Shown here piece after piece: positions 28,107 to 38,196 of a DNA stretch of 64,000 bases. Under the pieces are notes generated by a model. The model was not told the origin of the DNA. It saw nothing but the letters and a program-made list of their open reading frames with translations, and searched no databases. The DNA is from a virus, in IMG/VR virus record IMGVR_UViG_3300042891_001180; one strand, given 5' to 3'. Position 1 is the stretch's first letter, and every line of letters starts with the position of its first letter. Both the position numbers and the translations under genes were made by a program.

Positions 28107-28990
28107 TAAAACTCCTGGATATGTTCAATCATCTGTTTCATTCTATTAGTCATAAAATAGTCAAGCAACAGGCCTTTATCCTTAACGGGATATGTCGTAA
28201 ATGTATTTATAATCTCTTCTTGAATGTGTTTAGGAATCATAGATAAATCAACTAAAGTAGCATTACGATGATAGTTACGTCTCTCCTCTTCCGTATTGCA
28301 TGCGATAAACCCGTTATCAAAGAATTCCTGAAGTCGTTTAGATGTAACAGACTTCTGTCTCTCCCCGCTTACAATAGCATCATCAGCAGTTAAGATATTA
28401 GGTACCCCGTCACCTTTATCACCCTTAACAATATGCTCCATTAAAATCTCATGAATACTGGCTTCAGGTTTAATAAACTTCTTTAGTGCAGGAGAGAACT
28501 GTTTTACATGCTTATACTTCTGTAACTGATTAAAGTCATGGTCACCGGAAATAATAAGGAACGGGTTAGGTTCAGACATTAACGTGCCTTCTTTAACATC
28601 GTTCTCTACTGACCAGTAAACTAAAGTTGCAATTACATCATCAGCTTCTGCACCTTCAATTTCAATAACTCTATACGGGAAGATAGCTTTTAATTCTTCT
28701 TTAATTAAATTAATAGAGTCAAAAATTAAAGGCCAGTTAAAGCCAGAATCTTCTCTGGCTTTCTTACGATTAGCTTTGTAATAGGGAAACACTTCCTTAC
28801 GCCAGTACTTACGGCTATCACAAGCAATAACTACCTCTCCGAATTCCTTACCGAACTTAACCTTATGGCTTCGAATGGTATTAATTACCATATGGCGAAG
28901 TAAATTTACGTCAAGCTCTACATCGGTTCTATTACCAATCTCAGCCATTAAATTAGAGATAATAGTCTGAGAATAGTCAATAACAATCAT
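28106..28990 (-). CDS. rnh: T4-type RNase H (5'-3' exonuclease)
   Basis: YWRKEVFPYYKANRK, EADDVIA, IISGDHDFNQL, KGDKGDGVPNI. Confidence 0.95.
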   Translation of the reverse strand: MIVIDYSQTIISNLMAEIGNRTDVELDVNLLRHMVINTIRSHKVKFGKEFGEVVIACDSRKYWRKEVFPYYKANRKKAREDSGFNWPLIFDSINLIKEELKAIFPYRVIEIEGAEADDVIATLVYWSVENDVKEGTLMSEPNPFLIISGDHDFNQLQKYKHVKQFSPALKKFIKPEASIHEILMEHIVKGDKGDGVPNILTADDAIVSGERQKSVTSKRLQEFFDNGFIACNTEEERRNYHRNATLVDLSMIPKHIQEEIINTFTTYPVKDKGLLLDYFMTNRMKQMIEHIQEF

Positions 28991-30045
28991 TTAATAACTC
29001 TCACAATAATACATTCATCGTTGATACGACCAGTTACATCGTACCCCTTGGTTGTGAGATCGGAGAGAAGCTTACGCAACTTCACCTTACTGGCATCTAG
29101 TAATACTTTAAGGAACGCTTCCGGGCGACGAATAGAACGACACTCACTCATATCCGGATCATAGTTCTGTAAGGTAGAACCTTTTACCTGAATGCCTTGT
29201 ACAGAGTCTGAACGATAGGCAGCCAATCTCTTATACTTAACATTATATACCCATACCTGGGAGGCTCCAACCATCTCTGAAGGATTAACTGACTTAATAC
29301 CCAGTTCAGTATCTTCTTTCTTAAACTTAATCCTAGCCACTTGAACGGCAGGGGGCTTAGCCTTGGTAACTCTAGGTTTACGATTAGCTTTCTTAAACTG
29401 CGTATACTTCTCTAGATCCACAATAAACGCACCAAACATTTTAACCAGATTAGCCTGTTGGCGACGACTGATATTCGAATATCCGTCCTTAACCTCTTTA
29501 TCTGTAGTCTTATAAACTTCGGTAAATTCCATACCGCGTTTACGAGCCCACTCGTCAATATCCTTACAGTAAGGCTTAGGAATAGAGTTAGCTTGGAGAT
29601 AATTATAGAGATCAAACTCTTTATCTTCTTTAAGAAAGGCATCTACGTGACCTTCTAGTTCACCGATTACCTCTGCAATCTTATCTTGCATATAATCACG
29701 TACCGAGAGGCGCGGCGTTTTATCTACTACAACTTTAATGACTTGCTTAGTAGTACTAAGATTAGTAATATAGCTATCTAGATCTTCATTATGACGTTCT
29801 AGTAGTGTATTGCCGTTTAATACTAAGCGCGATAACCAGCCATACGTTAGAATAATATTACTATCAGATACTTCGTCAATATCGACAGCCATACCTTTAT
29901 GCTTAATATAAGTCTTTAAATATAACCGTGCATCTTTCTTATCTTTATCTTGATTATAAAAATTAAAGGCACGGGATAGAGCCGACTTATAATTAGTTAA
30001 CTCCGGAGTAATACCATGAGGTTCCGTTACAGTAATTCTACTCAT
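28987..30045 (-). CDS. Conserved hypothetical protein of T4-like phages
   Basis: 352 aa; VGASQVWVYNVKYKRL, VKGSTL, GRINDECII. Confidence 0.75.
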   Translation of the reverse strand: MSRITVTEPHGITPELTNYKSALSRAFNFYNQDKDKKDARLYLKTYIKHKGMAVDIDEVSDSNIILTYGWLSRLVLNGNTLLERHNEDLDSYITNLSTTKQVIKVVVDKTPRLSVRDYMQDKIAEVIGELEGHVDAFLKEDKEFDLYNYLQANSIPKPYCKDIDEWARKRGMEFTEVYKTTDKEVKDGYSNISRRQQANLVKMFGAFIVDLEKYTQFKKANRKPRVTKAKPPAVQVARIKFKKEDTELGIKSVNPSEMVGASQVWVYNVKYKRLAAYRSDSVQGIQVKGSTLQNYDPDMSECRSIRRPEAFLKVLLDASKVKLRKLLSDLTTKGYDVTGRINDECIIVRVIK

Positions 30046-30368
30046 CGACCTTCCCCTAGGTTAAATCTAATTTCAGTAATAGCATCATAACGGAACGATC
30101 GCCATTCTTTCTTATCGATATCATAAACCGGGCAAGTATCTTCACTTACTGTTTTAACTCGATCAGTTTTTTTTTCATAATCTAACGTCTTACCTTCTTG
30201 CAAGGTACAATTCATAATACGAATAGATCCATCTTTTTTACGAAAATGAACATTAACGTAATGCATACGCAATACCCCACCTAACCATTCACGAAATACT
30301 TTTCGCTCGTCTTCGTTTGCATTAGTATAGTAAGTAGGTTCGTAAGCGCGAGTTTCAACTTGACTCAT
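30042..30368 (-). CDS. SH3/Sm-like beta-barrel protein (WYL_2-like)
   Basis: VHFRKKDGSIRIMNCTL...VYDIDKKEWRSFRYD. Confidence 0.75.
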   Translation of the reverse strand: MSQVETRAYEPTYYTNANEDERKVFREWLGGVLRMHYVNVHFRKKDGSIRIMNCTLQEGKTLDYEKKTDRVKTVSEDTCPVYDIDKKEWRSFRYDAITEIRFNLGEGR

Positions 30369-30370
30369 AA

Positions 30371-30694
30371 TTAACTTCCAGTTCTTAAAAATAACGTCTT
30401 ACCATCAGTAGACTTTTGAAAGTCTTCGATAAAGACATGGTGCTTATCTTCAGATTCAATTATAGCTTTATCTGCGGCAGACCACAAGTCCCACCACTTA
30501 AGGTTACCACTAGGTAATGGAATAGATACTGCTCGCTCATGACCCCAATGATCTTTATAAACGAGAGTCTCAGCATTAAAGCCAGAAGGATCGTAAATAT
30601 TACTTACTTCATAGATAGACCAAATAGACCTAAAACTTGCATCGTCTTTAATCTTATCAAAGTAACTAAACTTAACATCAAAATCATCAGTCAT
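30371..30694 (-). CDS. Hypothetical protein
   Basis: AAGGAG RBS and sigma70-type promoter upstream. Confidence 0.7.
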   Translation of the reverse strand: MTDDFDVKFSYFDKIKDDASFRSIWSIYEVSNIYDPSGFNAETLVYKDHWGHERAVSIPLPSGNLKWWDLWSAADKAIIESEDKHHVFIEDFQKSTDGKTLFLRTGS

Positions 30695-30715
30695 ATAATC
30701 TCCTTAACATACGTT

Positions 30716-30744
30716 ATTATATGCTAAAACCGAGTTACGGTCAA
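30716..30744 (-). promoter_or_regulatory. Sigma70-type early promoter TTGACC-N17-TATAAT
   Basis: Near-consensus hexamers with 17 nt spacer. Confidence 0.8.
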
Positions 30745-31151
30745 GCGTTACGTAACGGTCTAAGATGTGACTTATTTACTTTACATTGAATCCAAGAATT
30801 ATACCAGGCATTACTGTCCTCTAGAACAGCATGTAACATTTGCTCCTTGGCTTCCAAGTAGTTAGTTACACCTTTAGATGGGCACAGATGAATTATTGTG
30901 CGCTTGAAATTGTGCTCACCGATGTTTGCGATATCGGTTTTGAGCTCATCAGAAGACGACCAATACGTCTTCCAGTCTGACTCAACTTTGTACGATTTAC
31001 GTTTCTTATTAACTTGCTTTCGCTTGATAGACCAGAAAAACTTCTTCCCGATGTACTTCCTACCAGATAACAAGTTTTCGATGATATAGACAAATCCATA
31101 ATATTCTCCAGGTTCATAATAAGGTTCACCATTGTATAGCCAATCGGTCAT
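30741..31151 (-). CDS. Short GIY-YIG nuclease-family protein
   Basis: YYGFVYIIENLLSGRKYIGKK...WKTYWSSS...NYLEAKEQ...WYN. Confidence 0.8.
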   Translation of the reverse strand: MTDWLYNGEPYYEPGEYYGFVYIIENLLSGRKYIGKKFFWSIKRKQVNKKRKSYKVESDWKTYWSSSDELKTDIANIGEHNFKRTIIHLCPSKGVTNYLEAKEQMLHAVLEDSNAWYNSWIQCKVNKSHLRPLRNA

Positions 31152-31300
31152 TCGTAATCGTCCGATTCTTCTTCCTCTTCATTATCAATTTCACCACCGC
31201 AGAACGGGCAAAAGTTTACTTCAAAATAAGACTCATCAAGAGAATGTTTTAATTTAAAATCTGCTTCACAACTGGTGCAGTTATAATGGTTATTTGCCAA
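31148..31300 (-). CDS. Small zinc-ribbon protein (TTG start, not in ORF track)
   Basis: Manual translation (M)ANNHYNCTSCEADFKLKHSLDESYFEVNFCPFCGGEIDNEEEEESDDYE; GAGG RBS. Confidence 0.7.
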   Translation of the reverse strand: MANNHYNCTSCEADFKLKHSLDESYFEVNFCPFCGGEIDNEEEEESDDYE

Positions 31301-31727
31301 TTTGTTTTACCTCTACGTTACATTTTTGTAGGAATTGAATTCCATCTTCACTACGATATGTATCCCGATAAAATACCGATTTAATTCCAGATTGATATAT
31401 TAACTTTGCACATTCCAGGCATGGTGCATGAGTTACAAAAAGATCAGCACTATCGGTTGAATTAGATGATCTAGACACTTTAGCAATCGCGTTTGTTTCT
31501 GCATGAAGTACTTCGGGCTTAGACTTCATAAGTACCGTACCAGTGAAGTCTTTATGACCAACCGTCTCACATACATTATCCCACCCCGAAGGCATGCCAT
31601 TGTAACCAATACCGATAATGGTATTATCTTTTACAATGACACAACCGACCTGGAGTCGCACTGCGGTAGAGAGCTCAGCATAAACCTGAGCTGCCTTCAT
31701 GTGCGCAATAATATATTTTTCTTTCAA
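31290..31727 (-). CDS. cd: dCMP deaminase
   Basis: GYNGMPSG, HAETNAI, APCLECAKLI zinc-binding motifs. Confidence 0.95.
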   Translation of the reverse strand: MKEKYIIAHMKAAQVYAELSTAVRLQVGCVIVKDNTIIGIGYNGMPSGWDNVCETVGHKDFTGTVLMKSKPEVLHAETNAIAKVSRSSNSTDSADLFVTHAPCLECAKLIYQSGIKSVFYRDTYRSEDGIQFLQKCNVEVKQIGK

Positions 31728-32731
31728 GCAGCTCTACCCCAGACATCATCCCAAGAGCCGGTGTGAGCGGCTTTAGCGTAATCGGTTGCTCTATTCTCAA
31801 AAAAGTTAGTATGAGTAGGAGCGTTAATCATCTCTTCAACCCAGGGTAATGGGTTTCTCTTGACCTTCATAATTCCCTTAAGACCAAGGCTAATAAGGCG
31901 ACGATCAGTAATATAGCGGATGTAACGTTTAACGTCAACAGCGTCCAAACCATCCATGCCGCCCATGCTGAATGCCAGATCAATAAACCTGTCTTCGAGT
32001 AGAACCATCTTTTCAGCAATTGTATACAATTGTCCTTTAAGCTCATCGTTCCAAATCTCCGGGTTCTCTTGAATGTATGTTCTGAATAGTTTGATCATTC
32101 CTTCGCAATGTTGAGTCTCATCAACAATTGACCAGGTAACAATCTGACCCATCCCCTTCATCTTTCCATGACGAGGGAAGTTTAACAACATAATAAAAGA
32201 ACTGAATAGTTGCATTCCTTCCGTGAACGCAGAGAACACAGCAATGTGCTTGGCTGTATTTTCTTTAGTGGAGTTTTGCTGAGAAATATCCAGCACATAA
32301 TCGTGCTTCTCTTTCATCTCTGCATACTCAAGAAACTGATTGTACATTGTCTCCGGTAATCCCAGCGTTTCAATTAAGTGTGAGTAAGCAGCAATGTGTA
32401 GAGCTTCGCGAGCTGCAAAGCCAAGCAACATCATCCTTACTTCTGGTTGCGGAAAGTAAGGAAGATAGTTATTTACATAGCCGCCTGCAACGTCAATATC
32501 CCCCTGAGTAAAGAATCTAAAGATGTGTGTAAGAAACATCTTTTCTTCTTTAGACAATTTACTCTTCCAATCCTTAACATCTTCAACCATTGGTACCTCT
32601 GTATGAAGCCAATGACTTTGTTCATGCTTTAACCAGGCGTCGTATGCCCAGGGGTAGTTGAAAGGTTTAAACGAACTGCGCTCATCTGTTAGTTTTGAAT
32701 TTATTTTTTTCATTTTTCTTTTGTTATCCAA
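31724..32731 (-). CDS. nrdB: Ribonucleotide reductase class Ia beta subunit (start may be 32713)
   Basis: FFTQGD, REALHIAAY, TEGMQLFSSF, VDETQH, NFFENRATDY. Confidence 0.96.
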   Translation of the reverse strand: MDNKRKMKKINSKLTDERSSFKPFNYPWAYDAWLKHEQSHWLHTEVPMVEDVKDWKSKLSKEEKMFLTHIFRFFTQGDIDVAGGYVNNYLPYFPQPEVRMMLLGFAAREALHIAAYSHLIETLGLPETMYNQFLEYAEMKEKHDYVLDISQQNSTKENTAKHIAVFSAFTEGMQLFSSFIMLLNFPRHGKMKGMGQIVTWSIVDETQHCEGMIKLFRTYIQENPEIWNDELKGQLYTIAEKMVLLEDRFIDLAFSMGGMDGLDAVDVKRYIRYITDRRLISLGLKGIMKVKRNPLPWVEEMINAPTHTNFFENRATDYAKAAHTGSWDDVWGRAA

Positions 32732-33249
32732 TCTGCTATTAAATGTACTCTATCTTTATTTCCATGATTTACAACAGCATGGGGTAGCTGGTTGTTAATT
32801 TCCCAAATTTCCCCTTGTTTCATATGTTTTTCTTCACCACCTACAGTAAATATAACACCTGTATTTGTAATGACTGGTATATGGTGTCGATGACCAACTG
32901 TACCTCCATCAACGTGAGGGGGGATTGTAGAATTAGCTAACATTTTTACTATTAATAATCTAGCAATAAACCCAAAACCGTAAAAAGTTTTAAAAGTATT
33001 TTCTAATTCAGCAACCTCTTGTACAAAAAGATTATATTTTTCTCTACGTGTAATTGTTGTTGTCTCGTTAAAAACTATTGACCTTTCGTCGTAAATCAAG
33101 GGAATAGTTTCTGTATGACGGTGTGCTGCAAAAACCTTTTGCCGCCAGTCATAATCTAACCACTCCTCTCTTGTAAACTCATTTATTTTTGCAAGCCAAT
33201 TTACTGTATCTAAATTTGCAATGTAGTTATAAGCCATAGGTGTAGCCAT
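32710..33249 (-). CDS. Aspartyl/asparaginyl beta-hydroxylase-like 2OG-Fe(II) oxygenase
   Basis: IPPHVD...HIPVITN...GEIWEINN..PHAVVN.G..DRVHLIAD. Confidence 0.85.
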   Translation of the reverse strand: MATPMAYNYIANLDTVNWLAKINEFTREEWLDYDWRQKVFAAHRHTETIPLIYDERSIVFNETTTITRREKYNLFVQEVAELENTFKTFYGFGFIARLLIVKMLANSTIPPHVDGGTVGHRHHIPVITNTGVIFTVGGEEKHMKQGEIWEINNQLPHAVVNHGNKDRVHLIADWITKEK

Positions 33250-33258
33250 ATATTACTT

Positions 33259-35064
33259 TCAGCCTTCACATGCCAAGCACACGTCCCCGTCAACTATGGC
33301 TTTCATATCTAACTCTTTAATTACTTCTCGTTCGATACGCTTTGATACTTTATCTGCTTTACCAATTTTCTCACTACGGCAATAGTACAAAGTCTTAAGA
33401 CCAGACTTCCATGCTAGGAAGTGCACAGCATGCAGATACTTAATATTAACATCGGGTCTAAAGAACAGGTTAAGGGACTGGGCTTGATCAATAAACTCTT
33501 GACGATCGGCGGCGTGCTGGACAAGCCATCTCTGGTCTATTTCCATAGACGTTTTAAATACATCTTTCTGCCATTGATCCATCCATTCCAAGTGTTGTAC
33601 TGAACCATCATTAGCGATAATAGATGACCAGATATCATTATAGTCATTTTGATTAATTACATCACCTTCTCCTGAAAGATGTTTTTCAATGACTCTATTC
33701 AACCATTTATTCTTTGTTAAATGAGACCCCGAAAGAGTGTCTTGACGATAGGCATTAGCACGGTATGGCTCGATACTAGGAGAAGTATTACCCATGATAA
33801 TTGAACTAGAAGCATTAGGAGCAATAGCCATAAGGTGGCTAAAGCGCTGCCCTGTCCCCACTGCGTCAAGTGCTTCTCCGCGAAGTCTTCCAAGTTGTTG
33901 ATTAGCTTCATCTAGTTGCTCCCTGATGTGTTTGAAAATCTGTCTATTTCTTCCGACGGCCATAGGCGATTCAAAAGGGATTCCGCATTGTTGGAGATAA
34001 GCATGAAAGCCCAGAGCACCGATGCCAATAGAGCGCTCACGTATGGCAGAGAACCTTGCACGCTCAACGGTGGTAGGGGCATTATCAATAAAATACTGAA
34101 GTACATTATCAAGCATTTCTGCAACATCACGAAGAAATACAGTATCATTTTTCCACTCATCATAGTACTCCAAGTTCAAAGACGATAAACAACATACCGC
34201 AGTTCTCTCCTTATCTGTAGGTAGAATAATTTCTGAACACAGATTAGATTGGCGAATCTTTAAACCAAGCTTCTTTTGAAACTCCGGCATCTTTCTGTTA
34301 CTTGTATCAATAAAATGCAGATATGGTTCCCCGGTCTGCATACGCATATCTAAAACTCGTTGCCAGAGTTCACGAGCAGATACTACCTCTCTTACTACCC
34401 CGTTATGTGGGTCGACCAGGTTCCAGGAATCATCTGCATCTTTATCAATCATACTACGTTCGACCAACTGCATGAACTCATCGGTAATATTAATACCGTG
34501 GTGTAAATTCTGGGTCCTCATATTAGGGTCTCCAGTTGATTTTCTCATCTCTAAAAATAAGAGAATATCAGGGTGGCTAATATCAAGGTATGCAGCATAA
34601 CTACCACGACGAGTCCTACCCTGTCGGTAAGCAAGACTTGAAGCATCATAAGTTCTAAGATGAGGCATAACCCCAACGCTCTTGTCATCTGATGCACGAA
34701 TTCCAATTCCAATTCCAACTCCTCCACCCAGCATGCTGAGCCAATTTACTTCTGATAATGTATTTACTAACCCGGCTGAAGAGTCATCCAGATAAGGAAG
34801 AAAACAACTGATAGGTAAACCCCGGGCAGAACGTCCGAACGAAAGAATCGGGGTGCTGTAACTAAGCCAATGCTTAGAAGAATAATCATATAAACGCTGG
34901 GCATGTGCTTCATCCGTTCCAAATGCTTTTGATACAAACGCAAATCTTTCTTGCGGCGACGTCTCATCATCACGCATATACGATTCTTTAAGACGCAATA
35001 CACCTAATGTATCAAACAAAGCGTCGCGAGAATAGTCTACCGTAATACCATGTATTTTACTCAT
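33259..35064 (-). CDS. nrdA: Ribonucleotide reductase class Ia alpha subunit (compact, no obvious ATP cone)
   Basis: PISCFL, QGRTRRGS, QSNLCSEI, VCCLSS, AIAPNASSS, DQAQSLN, KTLYYCR, C-terminal CLACEG. Confidence 0.96.
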   Translation of the reverse strand: MSKIHGITVDYSRDALFDTLGVLRLKESYMRDDETSPQERFAFVSKAFGTDEAHAQRLYDYSSKHWLSYSTPILSFGRSARGLPISCFLPYLDDSSAGLVNTLSEVNWLSMLGGGVGIGIGIRASDDKSVGVMPHLRTYDASSLAYRQGRTRRGSYAAYLDISHPDILLFLEMRKSTGDPNMRTQNLHHGINITDEFMQLVERSMIDKDADDSWNLVDPHNGVVREVVSARELWQRVLDMRMQTGEPYLHFIDTSNRKMPEFQKKLGLKIRQSNLCSEIILPTDKERTAVCCLSSLNLEYYDEWKNDTVFLRDVAEMLDNVLQYFIDNAPTTVERARFSAIRERSIGIGALGFHAYLQQCGIPFESPMAVGRNRQIFKHIREQLDEANQQLGRLRGEALDAVGTGQRFSHLMAIAPNASSSIIMGNTSPSIEPYRANAYRQDTLSGSHLTKNKWLNRVIEKHLSGEGDVINQNDYNDIWSSIIANDGSVQHLEWMDQWQKDVFKTSMEIDQRWLVQHAADRQEFIDQAQSLNLFFRPDVNIKYLHAVHFLAWKSGLKTLYYCRSEKIGKADKVSKRIEREVIKELDMKAIVDGDVCLACEG

Positions 35065-35091
35065 AGCTCTTATTTTTCCTACTTGTTGTTT

Positions 35092-35349
35092 TTATTTAAC
35101 TGATTCGAAAATCTTTTTTTGTGATTGATACCATTCAATCCAGGCATCGTGTTTGATCACGCACTCATAATGTAATGTGTAGTTGTATGTAATGTTTTTT
35201 GCAACATCGCTAAGTTTTACCTCTTCATTTAATTGCTTAAGTGCAGGACACCTTTGCAACAATTCGTTTGGTGCTTCAGGAAACTTTGCAGTAACAGGAA
35301 CCGTAGTCGAGCAACCGGTAAGTAGTAAAATGAGTAGTAGGTATTTCAC
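35092..35349 (-). CDS. o-spanin (Rz1-like lipoprotein)
   Basis: Lipobox LLTGC, FPEAP..LLQRCPAL, NY..HYEC. Confidence 0.85.
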   Translation of the reverse strand: MKYLLLILLLTGCSTTVPVTAKFPEAPNELLQRCPALKQLNEEVKLSDVAKNITYNYTLHYECVIKHDAWIEWYQSQKKIFESVK

Positions 35350-35774
35350 TTTACTTCCTTGGCTGCATCGTTAACTGCTTTAACGAATTCCTTAGGTATA
35401 ATACAAGTGTTATCGTATTTAGTTATCTCACGGTCAACGTATTTAATTATGTCCTCACCCCGCTCTTTAACTATCTGTTGCTTGACAACAACTTTTTGTA
35501 CAATCTTAATATTCTCTTTCTTACTCTCCGCTTCGGCTGCTGCTACCTTGGCTTCCATTTCTTTTACCCTGGCAACCCACTCTTTATTATTGTAAATTGC
35601 ACCTTCAAAGAAAATACCAAAAGCTAATACTACAAAACCAACAATTCGAATTGGAATGTAGTAGTTATCGACGAAGGGGATTCTTTTGAGAAACATACTG
35701 GCAAGAATCGCCAGTATGCCGACTATACCGAATGCATGAAAGAAGCTGTCAGGAAGGAAGTTAAATATCCACAT
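35346..35774 (-). CDS. i-spanin (Rz-like)
   Basis: N-terminal TM segments, coiled coil, C-terminal CIIP; overlaps the o-spanin start. Confidence 0.8.
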   Translation of the reverse strand: MWIFNFLPDSFFHAFGIVGILAILASMFLKRIPFVDNYYIPIRIVGFVVLAFGIFFEGAIYNNKEWVARVKEMEAKVAAAEAESKKENIKIVQKVVVKQQIVKERGEDIIKYVDREITKYDNTCIIPKEFVKAVNDAAKEVK

Positions 35775-35803
35775 TGTAGGTTATTTATTACTCTTGAGAT
35801 TTC

Positions 35804-36817
35804 TTAGCATCTTTTCCATCCAATAAATTTCATTTTAGCAGTTAACCCGGTAAACGTATTATCTTTAATTATCTTCTTAACGTTATGACCGGCCATTACC
35901 ATTTCATTAATATCTTTTTCTGCTATTGTCTGCGGCCATAGAACTACATTATAACCTAGTTCTATATTTTTCTCAATCAACTTGCATACTTCTTTATTAC
36001 GAGGCTGATTATCAAATACCACAATTAGTTTATCTTTATCGAGACCGGTCTCATTAAGCTTTCCAAATGATGTACCGCCTACGGCAATTGCATTGTCTAA
36101 GAACAAGCTATCAATAGGACCCTCTACCACGTATATAGGTTTACTCTTATTTACAGAGTCTATACCGAATAGGAGCGGTACACCGTCCCTAACTTTGACA
36201 GTGAGGTAACGAAGCGCTTCACCACGTAAGGCTCTACAGGTAACCCCAGATAGTTGACCGTCGTTATCGTAAAAAGGGAGCACCAATCGGGGTTCTTCTC
36301 CTTGAATACTTTCTTTATATTTGTCATTTAATTGTACTATATCTTTAATATTATTAATAAAATAAAGCTGTTTTTGCTTTTCTTTAGGTATTTTTCTGCT
36401 ATTACAGAACAAAACCACCTCATGGTCTGCCGGTAGTGTATCTACTCTATCTAATAACCTATCTAGTAGTTTTTCGTTATCGTTTTTAAATACAGGCGCT
36501 TCAAACTTAAACTCAGGAACAACGTTTGCAGACTTATTATGCCCTTCACTGTACTTTTCTAACGAATACTGAGAGTACATTACCGCGTCTTGAGACTTAA
36601 GAAAGTTACCAAAACTTAACGATATGTCACAATTGTAACACTTATATCGTAAGTCGGTTTTATATGCGAAGAAGTAACCTCGCATTTTGCGTCTATTCTT
36701 TTGAGAATCACCGCATATTACGCACCTGCAGTTATAAGTATTATCCTTCTTCTTCTTAAACAGAGGAAGTCGGTTACTTATTAACATAAGATATTTTTGA
36801 TCAAGGAATACGGACAT
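35804..36817 (-). CDS. gp61: DNA primase gp61
   Basis: NCRCVICGDS..KCYNC zinc finger, PRLVLPF, YVVEGPIDSLFL, FDNQPRN, KDINEM. Confidence 0.96.
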   Translation of the reverse strand: MSVFLDQKYLMLISNRLPLFKKKKDNTYNCRCVICGDSQKNRRKMRGYFFAYKTDLRYKCYNCDISLSFGNFLKSQDAVMYSQYSLEKYSEGHNKSANVVPEFKFEAPVFKNDNEKLLDRLLDRVDTLPADHEVVLFCNSRKIPKEKQKQLYFINNIKDIVQLNDKYKESIQGEEPRLVLPFYDNDGQLSGVTCRALRGEALRYLTVKVRDGVPLLFGIDSVNKSKPIYVVEGPIDSLFLDNAIAVGGTSFGKLNETGLDKDKLIVVFDNQPRNKEVCKLIEKNIELGYNVVLWPQTIAEKDINEMVMAGHNVKKIIKDNTFTGLTAKMKFIGWKRC

Positions 36818-36820
36818 AAT

Positions 36821-36874
36821 AAAAAAGACCTCTAGAAGAGGCCTTATTATAATATAAAACTATCAAAAAGGCAA
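36821..36874 (-). promoter_or_regulatory. Sigma70-type promoter TTGCCT-N17-TATAAT (36874-36846) abutting a terminator hairpin (36845-36821)
   Basis: Consensus hexamers followed by AAGGCCTCT-tct-AGAGGTCTT-TTTT. Confidence 0.75.
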
Positions 36875-36875
36875 G

Positions 36876-37232
36876 TTAAATTAGTTTTTCTAACTTAATG
36901 TGTGCCAAAATATAACCCATTACAATTGAACCACCAACCATCATGTAACGCCATTTTTCAATAGAGCTAATCTTTTCAGCTATAGCTTTATGTTGTTCAG
37001 TACTGGCTTTGGTTTGTGCATCCAGTTTATCAATAATTTTTTCGTGCTTGGTATCAATGTCATTACGAAGATCATCTCTCATATCACTAATTCGACTATG
37101 TAACGTTGCATAATTAGAATCAATTTTTTGTTCTAATTTTGTTACGCTACCTGTAATAGAATCGACCTGGGTTTCAAGTACCGATACTCTGGTCTCTGTT
37201 TCCAGATCCGCTTTAGACATTGCTTCTGCCAT
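36876..37232 (-). CDS. Coiled-coil protein with C-terminal TM segment
   Basis: Heptad pattern, then EKWRYMMVGGSIVMGYIL. Confidence 0.7.
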   Translation of the reverse strand: MAEAMSKADLETETRVSVLETQVDSITGSVTKLEQKIDSNYATLHSRISDMRDDLRNDIDTKHEKIIDKLDAQTKASTEQHKAIAEKISSIEKWRYMMVGGSIVMGYILAHIKLEKLI

Positions 37233-37661
37233 TTACTTCTTTTTTCGAGGTTTAGTCTTCGTTGCTTTTATGGCAGGAGTTGGCTTCTTTTCAGTTGCTG
37301 TCTCTTCGCGCTTAACAAACGTACGTTTTTTCTTAACTTCTGTCTCCAATGGTGCTTCCTTAGGGAATGGCCATATAGTTGGATCAGTAGCAGGAGGTGT
37401 TAACGTAATCGTATCCGATTGCGTATTAACACTTACGTTCATATTATCAGAAATAGAAATAACAACAGTTTCAGGTTTAATTTCTTCTACCACGGGTGCA
37501 GGCTCTATAACTACCGTTTCAGCTACAGGAGCTGGCGCAGGCTCAACTACAGGGATAGGTTCAGGAGCAGGCGCAACCTCTGCCTTATAAGGGCATTCGG
37601 CAGGAGGTGCTTCCTCAACTTTAGGTTTACCGACAAAAAACTCTTTGATTGATTTAAACAT
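37233..37661 (-). CDS. Hypothetical Pro/Glu/Lys-rich protein
   Basis: ORF coupled to neighbouring genes. Confidence 0.65.
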   Translation of the reverse strand: MFKSIKEFFVGKPKVEEAPPAECPYKAEVAPAPEPIPVVEPAPAPVAETVVIEPAPVVEEIKPETVVISISDNMNVSVNTQSDTITLTPPATDPTIWPFPKEAPLETEVKKKRTFVKREETATEKKPTPAIKATKTKPRKKK

Positions 37662-38196
37662 TTTTAATTACCTTCTTTCGCTTCAGTAGTGGGGGTTGTT
37701 TACTTTTAGGTACACCTAGGGTATCAGGTGTGAATCCGGCTACACCAGGTGAGCCAGCATTATTTGCAATAGGGGCTGCTGCATCCTCGGAGTATTGCTT
37801 AAATGTATATATCTTTTTTGTATTAAAATTATCTTGAACGTATTTAATATCTTCGGTTAAATCTGTATGTAGTCTATTTAAGTATTGTAGCTCTAAATCG
37901 ATAGGTTCGCAAGTATTATGGTAATTTTCTTTTATTAATGATAATGCAGCAGCAAATGTAACAATTTTTTTATTATCAACTGGTACCTTCTCAATAATTC
38001 TCTTGATACGGTATACCATTCTGTGAAGGATGGTATAAGCAGCCAGTTCATCACCGGTATGGAGCTGACTCATTTTTTTCAGCTCTTTACCCTTAGCATC
38101 TATAATACCGAGTCTATACGCATCCGTTTCTACAAACGGAATAGTTAGCATTCTAAGAATGCGGTATGCAATAACTGAATCTACTAAACGTCCCAT
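37654..38196 (-). CDS. Conserved hypothetical late protein
   Basis: AYRILRMLTIPF..TDAYRLGIIDAKG...AYTILHRMVYRIKR. Confidence 0.75.
   Translation of the reverse strand: MGRLVDSVIAYRILRMLTIPFVETDAYRLGIIDAKGKELKKMSQLHTGDELAAYTILHRMVYRIKRIIEKVPVDNKKIVTFAAALSLIKENYHNTCEPIDLELQYLNRLHTDLTEDIKYVQDNFNTKKIYTFKQYSEDAAAPIANNAGSPGVAGFTPDTLGVPKSKQPPLLKRKKVIKNV

Noticed and set aside
30741-31151. GIY-YIG ORF as a mobile homing endonuclease or intron
   Set aside because: Only the catalytic domain is present, with no DNA-binding extension, and no neighbouring gene is interrupted
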